Assembly: GCA_039714075.1 (NCBI GenBank)
Contig: JBDLKA010000007.1
Span: 828 to 64,827, forward strand
Origin: Candidatus Krumholzibacteriota bacterium
GTDB taxonomy: Bacteria; Krumholzibacteriota; Krumholzibacteriia; LZORAL124-64-63
Direction of reading: 5' to 3'
DNA: 64,000 nucleotides
Numbering within the stretch: the stretch's first letter is position 1; every line of letters starts with the position of its first letter. Positions 38,672-48,263 of this stretch are shown here, in pieces. Below the pieces are notes generated by a model. It was not told where the DNA came from and did not search any database. It was given only the letters and a program-made list of their open reading frames with translations. The position numbers and the translations under genes were made by a program.

Positions 38672-39289
38672 ATGAAATTCGAACACGGCATGGGAACCCT
38701 GATGACGGTCTTCAGCGGCGTGGCCGCCCTGATGTGCCTTCTGGTGGGGATCCAACTCCTTTTCCTGGAATCACGGATCGGGCAGGCGGCCGCAAACTCC
38801 GCCCCGGCCGCCGACGTGCCCTTGCTGCTGTGGAAAGCGGAAGCCCATACCGGGGCGATCATGTCCCTGGGAGCGGGTGTCCTGATCCTGTTGTTCGGAC
38901 TCCGCCACCATGCGATCGCGGGTCGGGCGGCAAAGCCCCGGACTTCCGCTGGGGAAACCGCCGTTTCCTCCGCCGATCTGGAATCCCTTTCGGTCAGGGT
39001 TTTCGAGGTCGACGCCACCGATCGCTCGGTCGAAATCTCCGCATCCCCGGATGAACCCCGGCCGCCCGCGGCGCCGCCCGCGAGGCCAACCATGTCGTGG
39101 GCTCCCCTTGATGAAGGTGAATCCAAATCAAAACCCGGCACCGATCCTGCCGATTCCATCCTGCGGTCCATTCGGGAGGCCACCTCCCCCGATTCAGGTC
39201 CGGAGACAGGTCCAGAGGCCGGTTCGACCACGCGCCACCCCCATAAGCCCTTGTGGAAAAAATTCTTCGGCCGCCGGAAGAACGGCTGA
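38672..39289 (+). CDS. Hypothetical membrane protein with Pro/Ala/Ser-rich cytoplasmic tail
   Basis: Two TM segments ('[22 protein letters not shown]', '[16 protein letters not shown]'). Confidence 0.45.
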   Translation: MKFEHGMGTLMTVFSGVAALMCLLVGIQLLFLESRIGQAAANSAPAADVPLLLWKAEAHTGAIMSLGAGVLILLFGLRHHAIAGRAAKPRTSAGETAVSSADLESLSVRVFEVDATDRSVEISASPDEPRPPAAPPARPTMSWAPLDEGESKSKPGTDPADSILRSIREATSPDSGPETGPEAGSTTRHPHKPLWKKFFGRRKNG

Positions 39290-39412
39290 GAGGCCTTCAC
39301 CGGCCAGTCCGGGTAAAATATGTGTCCCTCCGGCGACTTCTGCTGTATCATGGTGTGATAGCTTACTATGTGTGACAGTTCACGGTTTTCCGTGACCTGT
39401 GAAAGGTATGCC

Positions 39413-39697
39413 ATGTTTGAAATTATCAGGGACGCCGAGGGAGTCATCCATTTGAAGGGCATGTTCGTGGCGGGGAAGTCCAGGAAGGCCGAAGAAACCC
39501 TGGAGGGGATCACCGAAAGCGCGGTTCTGGATTTCAAGGATCTCAAGTACATCTCCAGTTCCGGGCTGGGCATCCTCATCAAGGTCCAGCGGCGCCTCGA
39601 TGCCACCGGATCCAGGCTCACGATCATCAATGCCAGCGACCATATCCGGGAATTATTCGCCGTGACCCGATTCGACATGATCTTTGACATCCAATAG
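39413..39697 (+). CDS. STAS-domain anti-sigma-factor antagonist (SpoIIAA-like)
   Basis: 'LDFKDLKYISSSGLGILIKV' STAS core with the conserved Ser in 'SSSGLG'. Confidence 0.7.
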   Translation: MFEIIRDAEGVIHLKGMFVAGKSRKAEETLEGITESAVLDFKDLKYISSSGLGILIKVQRRLDATGSRLTIINASDHIRELFAVTRFDMIFDIQ

Positions 39698-39948
39698 CAA
39701 CGCCTGTATGATGTTCCGGGGATGAGAATTGATGGTATTCAGCCTTCAGGTCGATGGATCGACTTGATTTACTGATCCCCCCAGCCTCGAATGATCCCGC
39801 ACCGGTTCCGTTCTCCCCCGCCGGAAACCGACGACGGAACGTCCCGCCCGGAATCTCGCCCCGCCCACGCCAAACGGCGCCGACCTCCTGTCTGCACACC
39901 CACGGCGTGGAAATCCGTCACCAACCTTTTCCGCGGGCACGTGTATTT

Positions 39949-40488
39949 ATGGCAAACACCGATATACATCTGGCCATCCAGTTCCAGAACGGTGACCGAA
40001 AGGCCTTCACGATGCTCGTGGCCCGCTATGAAAAACCGATCTTCAACACCGCCTACCGGATGGTCAGAAACGCCGAGGACGCCGCCGACATCACCCAGAT
40101 CGCCTTCGTCAAGGCCTTCGAGAAAATCCACACCTTCAATCCGTCCTTTAAGTTCTTCAACTGGCTCTACAAGATCGCCGTCAACGAAACCATCAACCTC
40201 ATCAACCGCCGCAAAAGGCGCCGGGAATTCGAATACGACCCCCCCGCGCGCATCGCCTCGCCGGAAGACGACCTCGAACTGAACGAGATGGGCAGTTACC
40301 TGCACAAGGCGCTGGACGCCATGAACCACGAACAACGGATCGTGATCGTGCTGAAGCACCTTCTGCTTCTGCCCTACGCCGAGATCGCGGAAATCCTGGA
40401 TATTCCCGAAAAAACCGTGAAATCCCGCCTGTTCAGCGCCCGGCATGTCCTGCGCAAGGAATTGATCAAACAGGGGTACGTAAGATGA
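39949..40488 (+). CDS. ECF-type sigma factor
   Basis: Region 2 'DAADITQIAFVKAFEKIHTF' and region 4 'LPYAEIAEILDIPEKTVKSRLFSARHVLR'. Start at Met 'MANTDIHL'. Confidence 0.8.
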   Translation: MANTDIHLAIQFQNGDRKAFTMLVARYEKPIFNTAYRMVRNAEDAADITQIAFVKAFEKIHTFNPSFKFFNWLYKIAVNETINLINRRKRRREFEYDPPARIASPEDDLELNEMGSYLHKALDAMNHEQRIVIVLKHLLLLPYAEIAEILDIPEKTVKSRLFSARHVLRKELIKQGYVR

Positions 40489-41297
40489 TCAGCCCGAAAT
40501 ACATCGAACTGATGAACCAGGAACTCGACGGAGCCAACTCTCCCGAACAGACCAGGGACCTGGAGAAATACCTGCGGGACAACGAGGAGGCCCAAACCTA
40601 CTACCGGGAATTGGCGATGGCCTTGAACGTGTTCGAAGAGGCCGCCATGGTGGATCCTCCGGCGGAACTGTTCGAAGGGATCGTGGCCCGGCTCCACCCC
40701 GATGCGGATTTTCTCCACCAGACAGACCCAGCCCGGAATGGTCCGGGTCTGTGGGCCGCCTGCAGGAACCTGGTGCGCTTCCGCCCGGTCCCCGCCTTCG
40801 CCCTGACCTTTGCCGCGGGAATCGCCTGCGGCCTGCTTCTGTATGCAGGTTCATCCTGGCTCGATCTGCGCCACGGCGCGGAATTGAGCGGGCAGGTGAG
40901 CGGGACGGCCAACCACCGTTCCTGGAACCAGGGCGTGGTCGATGAGGGCGAGTGGCACCTGGCAGGCAGCGAAGGGATTTACCGCGTCCACCAGGATGGG
41001 CGGACCCTGCGCCTTCACCTGGAAATCATGGCAACCCGACCGGTGGTCGTCAGGTTCAACCACGATGCCCACCTCAGCCTGCAGCACTTCAGTAACGACA
41101 GCCCCTCCCCGTCCGGCCTGACGGTTTCGGACACGCTGGTGGAAGTGAACCACCAAGGTACGGGAAGTTACGATCTCGAGTTCCTCCAGGACGCGAAAAA
41201 TCGGTCACCGATCATGATGTCCATCCATGCGGAAGGGAGGTTGGTCCACACAAAATCGCTGAACGCATCAAATGCCGAACAGGAAATCGCCCACTGA
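40485..41297 (+). CDS. Membrane-anchored anti-sigma factor (cytoplasmic N-domain, one TM, extracytoplasmic C-domain)
   Basis: Start overlaps the sigma gene's stop. TM 'FALTFAAGIACGLLLYAG'. N-terminal helical 'LDGANSPEQTRDLEKYL' resembles RskA/ChrR-type anti-sigma N-domains. Confidence 0.6.
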   Translation: MISPKYIELMNQELDGANSPEQTRDLEKYLRDNEEAQTYYRELAMALNVFEEAAMVDPPAELFEGIVARLHPDADFLHQTDPARNGPGLWAACRNLVRFRPVPAFALTFAAGIACGLLLYAGSSWLDLRHGAELSGQVSGTANHRSWNQGVVDEGEWHLAGSEGIYRVHQDGRTLRLHLEIMATRPVVVRFNHDAHLSLQHFSNDSPSPSGLTVSDTLVEVNHQGTGSYDLEFLQDAKNRSPIMMSIHAEGRLVHTKSLNASNAEQEIAH

Positions 41298-41391
41298 AAA
41301 ATTATTGAGAAAAAGTGACCAACCTTTTGAATTCCGACCTGTATATCGAGTTGAGCCGTGAAACAAAAACGGAAAAAGGGGAGGTAACCTG

Positions 41392-42738
41392 ATGAATAGG
41401 AATCGCAGTTTGCTGGGAATCGTGGGAATCGCCGCCGCCGCCATCATCATCTATTTCGGCTTTTTCTATCCCCAACCAGCGGATGATGATCTCAAGGCGA
41501 CCATCGGCACGGTCTCCAAGCACCAGAACGAACAGATAACCGACGCGGACGTGGTGCTTGCCGGTGAGGAAACCGGCGAGTGGTCCGACGACCCCGTGGT
41601 GATCGAAGCCATGGCTTCGGTCCTGGAGAGGGCGACCATCGCCCAGCGGTCGTTTGCCTACCTGGCCGTCGGCCGGCAGGCCCGGGCCGCCATTCTCCTG
41701 GGCGCCAATCCCGAACTCCAATCCGCCGTCCTGGGCAAGGTGGCCTACACCGAGCAGGTCGCCGCGTTCCAGCGTGTGGAAAAAGCGGATCAAAAGGCCA
41801 TGTTCGGCAGGATGGAGCTCAAGGAAGCCGACTTCGGCGCCATGAACCTGGAGAAGCAGGTCACCGCCCTCGGAACCCTGGGCGCCAAGCAGCGAGCCGA
41901 AATCCTGGGCCGCGTGGCCATCCAGGCCCAGTTGGCCGCCGTAGCCAAGGCCGACGCCAGGACCCACTCGGAGATTCTCGGACGCGCGAGCAGGCACGAG
42001 CTGGCCCGCGTCTACATGGCCGCCCCCGAACTCAACCGTGTGGAGATGTTCAAGGCGCTGCCCCTGAACGAGCGTCAAGCCCTGATGGGCAAGGTATGGA
42101 TGAAATCCAGCAGCACCCTGCTGCAGCGGGCCACCCCGATCGAGGTGGAGAACCTCCGGAACCAAATGTCTGACCAGAACGCCGCCGACCTCTTCGGCGC
42201 CTCCTCGGTCCACGACCAGCTTGTCTGGGCGGGCCGCGCGGTCAAGACCTCGCCGACCAGCTTCGACATGTTCGGACGGACGCAGAAGCATGAAACCCTC
42301 GGGCGTCTCTACCTCGAGGCCACTCCCCAGCAGAAGGTGGCCTTCTTCAGGGTACAGCCGGTGGAGGTCCAAAACGAACTGTTCGGCAAGATGTCCATCA
42401 AGCGTGAAGCGTGGGCGGACCTGGAACTGGGTGCCCAGGCCAAGGCCCTGTCCGCCCTGTCCCTGGAACGCCAGGCCAGGATGCTGGCTCGGGTCGAGAA
42501 GAGCGCGGTCATCGATCTGGCCCGTCACGCCGACCCGGCCATCCAGAAGGAATTCGTCGGTGGATTGTCCCGGGTTGAAATGGCCCAGGCCCTGAGGCTG
42601 GGCGCCAGCAGCCGCGAAGTCCACGATGCCCTGGGCAGGCGCCCCGCCATCAGGAACGCCGTGTTCTCCCAGGTCCCGGCCGACGTGCAGGTCAGGATCA
42701 TGGGGAGAATGGTTCGGACCGCAAGCCTGACTCAATAG
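41392..42738 (+). CDS. Membrane-anchored repeat protein (recurrent '[LMF]-[GF]-[RK]' helical repeats)
   Basis: N-terminal TM 'LLGIVGIAAAAIIIYFGFF'. About 15 degenerate ~25-aa repeats with 'xLGRxxxxE', 'MFGR', 'ILGR', 'LMGK'. Confidence 0.55.
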   Translation: MNRNRSLLGIVGIAAAAIIIYFGFFYPQPADDDLKATIGTVSKHQNEQITDADVVLAGEETGEWSDDPVVIEAMASVLERATIAQRSFAYLAVGRQARAAILLGANPELQSAVLGKVAYTEQVAAFQRVEKADQKAMFGRMELKEADFGAMNLEKQVTALGTLGAKQRAEILGRVAIQAQLAAVAKADARTHSEILGRASRHELARVYMAAPELNRVEMFKALPLNERQALMGKVWMKSSSTLLQRATPIEVENLRNQMSDQNAADLFGASSVHDQLVWAGRAVKTSPTSFDMFGRTQKHETLGRLYLEATPQQKVAFFRVQPVEVQNELFGKMSIKREAWADLELGAQAKALSALSLERQARMLARVEKSAVIDLARHADPAIQKEFVGGLSRVEMAQALRLGASSREVHDALGRRPAIRNAVFSQVPADVQVRIMGRMVRTASLTQ

Positions 42739-42909
42739 AAGGGTTCTCCTCCCGTCTGTGGGTCGATGGGTTCCGGGGGCTGGTGAGGCTGGAATCCAGC
42801 AAATCAGTGGGGGGAGAGCCAGGGGTACCGCGGCCAGCCTGCGGTACCCCGCCATTTTATCCCGGCAGCACCGCCCGGCCGCCGGCCCACGCACATCAGG
42901 GGGAGCGGC

Positions 42910-45900
42910 ATGAAAAGCGATTTCGGTGCCCGGGTTCATTTTCTCTTGATGGGGACGCTTCTGGTGTCCCTCTTGTTTTTCCCCTGTCCGGGAAAGGCCG
43001 GGGAGGATACTGGAATCAAACTAAGGCAGGTGCGTACGAACGACATGCGCCTGATCTATCTGACCGAGGACCACTATTACATCATCCCCCACGTGACGCG
43101 CTGTTTCGAAAACTCCATGGCTTTCCACCGCGACATGTTCAACTACACGCCGGACGAATACGTAACGGTGATTTTCCAGGACATGGACGATTTCGGCTAC
43201 GCCGGCACCACCTCCATCCCCTACAACTACCTGACGCTGGGTATCGAACCCTTCGAGCACATTTATGAAACCAGCCCCACCAACGAGCGCATCCACTGGG
43301 TGATGAGCCACGAACTGCTGCACGTGGTAGCCACCGACCAGGCCACCGGTGCGGACGAATTCTTCCGCAAGCTGTTTTTCGGCAAGGTGGCTCCCACCGC
43401 GGAAGATCCCCCCTCCATTTTCTACAGCTACCTGACCAATCCGCGGCGTTACGCCCCGCGCTGGTACCACGAGGGTCTGGCGGTGTTCATGGAAACCTGG
43501 ATGGCCGGCGGCATCGGCCGGGCCCAGAACGGGTACGACGAGATGGTCTTCCGCTCCATGGTCCGGGACGGTTCCTATTTCTACGACATCGTCGGCATCG
43601 AATCCGAAGGCACGGCGGCGGATTTCCAGATGGGCCAGCTGTCCTACCTCTACGGCACCCGCTTCGTCAGCTACCTGGCGCATCGGTACGGGCCCGAAAA
43701 GATCATCGACTGGACCCGGCGCGACGAAGGAACCAAACGCTCCTTTTCCCGGCAGTTCCGCCACGTGTTCGACCTGAACATCGACGACGGCTGGCGCGAG
43801 TGGATCGCCTGGGAGAAGCAGTGGCAGCAGGCCAACCTGGATTCCATCCGGCAGTACCCCGTCACGCCGCTCGAGGTGGTCTCCGCCCGGGCCCTGGGAT
43901 CGGTTTCCCGCTCCTACTACGACCCGGATTCCCGCCGGATGTTCGCCGCCGTCCGTTACCCGGGGGAATTCGCCAACATCGTGGCGCTCGACGTCGACTC
44001 GGGCAATATGCGGACCATCTGCGACATCGACACACCGTCACTGTACTTCGTCACTTCGCTGGCCTACGACGATTCATCCGGCACCCTGTTCTACACCACC
44101 AACAACGCCCGCGGCTGGCGGGACCTCAACTCGGTGGATATCGCCACGGGCAGGAACCGGCGGCTGATCAAGTGGGCCCGCACCGGCGACCTGGCCTTCA
44201 ACAAGGCCGATGCCTCCCTGTGGGGCATCATGCACAACAACGGGCTGTCCCACGTTATTCGTATTCCCCCACCCTACGATACCATGTACGAAGTGCTTCC
44301 CCTGTCCTACAAACAGGATTTCTACGACATCGACATCTCGCCCGACGGGCGCTACCTGACCGGCACCCTGGTCGATGTTTCCGGGCGGTCCAAACTGGTC
44401 CGGATCGAAATCACCAGCCTCATCCTCGGCGAGACCGAACTCGAGGTGCTGTGGGAATTTCCCCAGAACGCCCCGCTGAACTTCGTCCACTCCGGTGACG
44501 GCCGTTACCTTTACGGGTCGTCCTACCAGACGGGGACATCGAACATCTTCCGCTACGATACCGTCGAGAAGACCATGGCCGCGGTGAGCAATGCCGAGAC
44601 CGGTCTGTTCCGTCCGGTTCCGGTCCCCGGTGATTCCCTGCTGGCCTACGAATACACCGGTGACGGGATGCGGCTGGTCCGGCTGCCCGACGACACCCTG
44701 GAAGACATCGCGCCCGTGCGGTACCTGGGATACGCCATCACCCAAAAACACCCCGTCGTCCTGGACTGGGAACTGGGTTCGCCCCGCAGGGTGGATCCCG
44801 ATTCGGTCATCACCTTCGAGGGCGACTACGACGCCCTGCGCAGCCTGCGCCTCAATACGATCTATCCCGTCATCGAGGGGTACAAGGTCTACACCACCGG
44901 CGGTCTGCGCGCCGACTTCAGCGACCCCGTGGGCATGCACGCCCTGGACGCGGCAATCACCTATTCCGCCCAGAAAAACCTGCCCGAGGATGAGCGTTTC
45001 CATTTCCGGTTCAAGTACCGCCATCATCCCTGGAACCTGTGGGGGGCCTGGAACCGCGCCGATTTCTACGACCTGTTCGGACCCACCAAGGTCAGCCGCA
45101 AGGGATACCAGGTGGGCCTCGGGTACGGTGGATACATCCTCGACGAGGCGCCGAAATCGCTGAAATACAACCTGAACCTGGCCAACTACTGGGGCCTGGA
45201 GGTCCTGCCCGAGTTCCAGAACATCCCCACCTCCTACGACAACTTCATGACCTTGGGCGGGTCCATCCGGTATTCGACCGCCCAGGGCACCATCGGCGGC
45301 ATCGAGGCGGAAAAGGGCTTTCTGACCTCCCTCGACTTCATGAGCACCCTGGTGCGGGGGGACTATTTCACGCGCACCCACCTGGACCTGACCTACGGGT
45401 TCCTCACCCCCATCGATCATTCATCCTTGTGGTTCCGGGTTTCGGGGGGTCAGGGCACCGGTCCGTTGACCGAACCTTTCTCCAACTTCTTCTTCGGGGC
45501 CTTCGGCAACAACCATGTGGACCACGGACGCGTCAACAGGTACCGTAGCTACTACAGCTTTCCGGGTCTGGAAATAAACGAGGCCGGTGGCCGCAACTAC
45601 GCCAAGGGCGGCATGGAATGGACGCTGCCACCCCTTCGTTTCCGCAAAATGGGACTGGCCAACTTCTACGCCACCTGGGCCAGGTTGGCTTTTTTCGGAC
45701 ACGGGCTGGTGACCAATCCCGATCGTGATCGCCAGGACCCTTTTCGCACCGAGGTTTACGATATCGGAGCCCAACTCAACGTCAAACTCGTCCTGTTCTA
45801 CTCCCTGCCGTCGACCTTGTCGGCCGGGTACGCCCGGGCCTTTGAAGAGGGCGTCGAACCGCGGGACGAGTGGATCGTCTCGTTGAAGATCCTGCGCTGA
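42910..45900 (+). CDS. Large secreted multidomain protein: N-terminal HExxH zinc-metalloprotease-like domain, central beta-propeller (TolB/WD40-like), C-terminal outer-membrane beta-barrel-like domain
   Basis: Signal peptide 'MKSDFGARVHFLLMGTLLVSLLFF'. 'VMSHELLHVV' with a downstream 'YHEGLAVFME' (gluzincin-like). Propeller blades 'ISPDGRYLTG', 'SGDGRYLYGSS'. The C-terminal 300 aa show alternating hydrophobic/aromatic beta-strand periodicity ('YQVGLGYGGYIL', 'LDLTYGF', 'AQLNVKLVLFY'). Confidence 0.7.
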   Translation: MKSDFGARVHFLLMGTLLVSLLFFPCPGKAGEDTGIKLRQVRTNDMRLIYLTEDHYYIIPHVTRCFENSMAFHRDMFNYTPDEYVTVIFQDMDDFGYAGTTSIPYNYLTLGIEPFEHIYETSPTNERIHWVMSHELLHVVATDQATGADEFFRKLFFGKVAPTAEDPPSIFYSYLTNPRRYAPRWYHEGLAVFMETWMAGGIGRAQNGYDEMVFRSMVRDGSYFYDIVGIESEGTAADFQMGQLSYLYGTRFVSYLAHRYGPEKIIDWTRRDEGTKRSFSRQFRHVFDLNIDDGWREWIAWEKQWQQANLDSIRQYPVTPLEVVSARALGSVSRSYYDPDSRRMFAAVRYPGEFANIVALDVDSGNMRTICDIDTPSLYFVTSLAYDDSSGTLFYTTNNARGWRDLNSVDIATGRNRRLIKWARTGDLAFNKADASLWGIMHNNGLSHVIRIPPPYDTMYEVLPLSYKQDFYDIDISPDGRYLTGTLVDVSGRSKLVRIEITSLILGETELEVLWEFPQNAPLNFVHSGDGRYLYGSSYQTGTSNIFRYDTVEKTMAAVSNAETGLFRPVPVPGDSLLAYEYTGDGMRLVRLPDDTLEDIAPVRYLGYAITQKHPVVLDWELGSPRRVDPDSVITFEGDYDALRSLRLNTIYPVIEGYKVYTTGGLRADFSDPVGMHALDAAITYSAQKNLPEDERFHFRFKYRHHPWNLWGAWNRADFYDLFGPTKVSRKGYQVGLGYGGYILDEAPKSLKYNLNLANYWGLEVLPEFQNIPTSYDNFMTLGGSIRYSTAQGTIGGIEAEKGFLTSLDFMSTLVRGDYFTRTHLDLTYGFLTPIDHSSLWFRVSGGQGTGPLTEPFSNFFFGAFGNNHVDHGRVNRYRSYYSFPGLEINEAGGRNYAKGGMEWTLPPLRFRKMGLANFYATWARLAFFGHGLVTNPDRDRQDPFRTEVYDIGAQLNVKLVLFYSLPSTLSAGYARAFEEGVEPRDEWIVSLKILR

Positions 45901-46910
45901 TGGCGATGGCGGCCCACGTGGCTTTCGGCCTGCTGCCGGTGGCCCTGTACCTGGTGGCCCTGGTGGCCATGGACAGCTACAAGCTGGTCCGGGTGCAGAC
46001 GGTCCTGGTCGCCGTCGCCGCCGGCTTCGGCGCGCTGTTGATCTGCAACTTCCTCAACCCCTGGGTCATGGGCCTGACGGGCACATCGCAGACGACCTTT
46101 TCCCGCTACCTGGCCCCCATCACCGAGGAAACCTTCAAGGGCGCCTACCTTGTCTTTCTTTTCCGCCGCCACCGGGTCGGGTTCCTGGTGGACGCCGCCA
46201 TTTTCGGATTCGCGGTCGGGGCGGGATTCGGCATCCTGGAAAACATATTCTATCTCAGCATGCTGGAGGGCGCCGGCCTCTTCACCTGGGTACTGCGGGG
46301 CTGCGGCACGGCGCTGATGCACGGCAGCACCACGGCGGTTTTCGCGATAATCCTCCAGGCCAACAGTGAAGCCGGGCATGTCTTTCGTTTCCGGCATCTG
46401 CTGGCCTCCCTCGGTGTGGTCATGCTCCTGCATTCGCTGTACAACCATTTTTTGGTTTCCCCGGTGCTGACCGCCCTGGGCCTGGTGCTCGGCGTGCCCC
46501 TGATCACCTTCGCCATCTACCAGCGCAGCGAAAAAGCCCTCGAAAAATGGTTGGGGGTGGGTTTCGACGCCGATTCCGAGATGCTGGCCATCATTACCGC
46601 GGGCAAGGTTTCCGACACCAGGATCGGGGCCTACCTGATGTCGTTGCGGGACCGGTTCGCGCCCGAGGTCGTGGCGGACATGATCTGTCTGCTGCGGATC
46701 CAGGTCGAGTTGGCCATCGAGGCCAAGGGCCTGCTCATGCTGCGGAGGGAAGGTTACGATATCGAACCGGGTCCCGAACTCCAGGTAAAGGTCGAGGAAC
46801 TGCGTTACCTGGAGAAAAACATCGGGGCCACCGGGCGCCTGGCGGTGATGCCCCTGAGGCACCGCGGCGGCAGGGATTCGTGGCAGAAGAATCTGTTGAA
46901 ACAGGGGTGA
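45900..46910 (+). CDS. PrsW-family intramembrane metalloprotease
   Basis: ATG overlaps the upstream TGA (TGATG). PrsW motifs 'EETFKG', 'FGFAVGAGFGILEN', 'ALMHGSTTA'. Confidence 0.8.
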   Translation: MAMAAHVAFGLLPVALYLVALVAMDSYKLVRVQTVLVAVAAGFGALLICNFLNPWVMGLTGTSQTTFSRYLAPITEETFKGAYLVFLFRRHRVGFLVDAAIFGFAVGAGFGILENIFYLSMLEGAGLFTWVLRGCGTALMHGSTTAVFAIILQANSEAGHVFRFRHLLASLGVVMLLHSLYNHFLVSPVLTALGLVLGVPLITFAIYQRSEKALEKWLGVGFDADSEMLAIITAGKVSDTRIGAYLMSLRDRFAPEVVADMICLLRIQVELAIEAKGLLMLRREGYDIEPGPELQVKVEELRYLEKNIGATGRLAVMPLRHRGGRDSWQKNLLKQG

Positions 46911-46935
46911 GGGAAACTTCCTCCCGGACGGGCTA

Positions 46936-48237
46936 TCAAGACCGGCGGCCGGCCTTGAATCCCAGGCCTTCTATGACGCCGGCAATCTTTTGCGGGTCCA
47001 GGTCCCGACCCCGGACCACCGCACGGCCATCATCCAGAAAGACCTGGCAATCGCTGACGCCCTCCAGTTCGGAAACGGCCCGCATGACGCTGCCGGAGCA
47101 GTGACTGCAATTCATTCCCTCGACCGCGAATTCCAGGGTGCGGGAATCATCGTTCACGGCACAAGTCTCCTCTGCTTCGCATCCGCAGGAATGTCCCCGA
47201 CGGCGTGACAACCACCAGCTGAAGGACATGATGAACACCAGGGCGGCCCCGGCGGCGTGATCGAACCACCCGATCCCTTCGTGATGATGCCCGGCTTCGC
47301 CCAACAAGGGTATGGCCGCGGCCGCCCGGGGCAGAACCCAGTCCAGCAGCAGGCCGCCGCCGAAGGCGCTGACCGCGACGGTCAGCAGATAGATGATGGT
47401 GGTTTTCCGCCCGAGCACCCGGAAGATGGTCGTCACCGTGGCCGCGTTCGTGGCCGGCCCGGCGATCAAAAAGGCCAGGGCGGCGCCGGGGCTGGCGCCC
47501 ATGAAGATGAAACTGGCCGCCAGCGGCACACTGGCCGTGGCGCAAACGTAGATGGGGATGCCCACGATCATCATCAGGGCGACCGACAAGGCTCCGGAAC
47601 CCAGGTAACGGGCCAGGAAATCCGCCGGGACCACCGCGCCCAGAATCCCCGCGATGACCAGCCCGACCAACAGGGCCCGGCCGATGTCCCCGGGCAGGGT
47701 GACAAAACCGTAGTCGAAGGCCGCGGTCATTTTCGGGCCCAGGCCCTGCGGCCGCACGATGTCACCCGAGCCCGCGCCTTCCAGACCTTTGCCGTCGCTG
47801 GTGGTCCGGTGGGTGTCCGGAGCGAAGGTCTGCACCAGCCCCCCACCCAGCAACCCCGTGAGCAGGGCCGCGACCGGGCGGAAGATCGCGAACAGGGGGC
47901 CCAACATGGTCCAGGTCACCAGGATGGAGTCCACTCCGGTCTGCGGCGTGGACAACAGGAAAGCCGTGGTCGCGGACCGGCTGGACCCGTGCTGCCGCAG
48001 AGAGGCCGCCACCGGAATCACGCCGCAGGAGCACAGGGGCAACGGAACGCCAAACAGGGAAGCCTTGAACACCGGTCCCATCCCCCGGCCGCCCAGATGG
48101 CGCTCCAGCCAGACCGGGGAGATGAAAACCGACAACAGACCGGCCACCAGAAAGCCGAGCAGAAGCCATGGCGCCATGCGGGCGGTCACCTGCCAGGTTT
48201 CGATAATGATGAGTGTTATCATTTCAATCATGGCCAC
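46936..48237 (-). CDS. Predicted permease (COG0701/DUF318, SO_0444-like) with C-terminal heavy-metal-associated (HMA) domain
   Basis: Multi-TM permease. 'CSCG' and C-terminal 'GMNCSHCSGSVMRAVSELEGV' (MxCxxC HMA). Confidence 0.7.
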   Translation of the reverse strand: MAMIEMITLIIIETWQVTARMAPWLLLGFLVAGLLSVFISPVWLERHLGGRGMGPVFKASLFGVPLPLCSCGVIPVAASLRQHGSSRSATTAFLLSTPQTGVDSILVTWTMLGPLFAIFRPVAALLTGLLGGGLVQTFAPDTHRTTSDGKGLEGAGSGDIVRPQGLGPKMTAAFDYGFVTLPGDIGRALLVGLVIAGILGAVVPADFLARYLGSGALSVALMMIVGIPIYVCATASVPLAASFIFMGASPGAALAFLIAGPATNAATVTTIFRVLGRKTTIIYLLTVAVSAFGGGLLLDWVLPRAAAAIPLLGEAGHHHEGIGWFDHAAGAALVFIMSFSWWLSRRRGHSCGCEAEETCAVNDDSRTLEFAVEGMNCSHCSGSVMRAVSELEGVSDCQVFLDDGRAVVRGRDLDPQKIAGVIEGLGFKAGRRS

Positions 48238-48263
48238 AATTTAACGGGAGGGACAGTCGGGGG

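Noticed and set aside
38551-39690. 379-aa minus-strand ORF
   Set aside because: It overlaps three better-supported + strand genes (membrane protein, STAS) and has an S/R/A-rich low-complexity translation.
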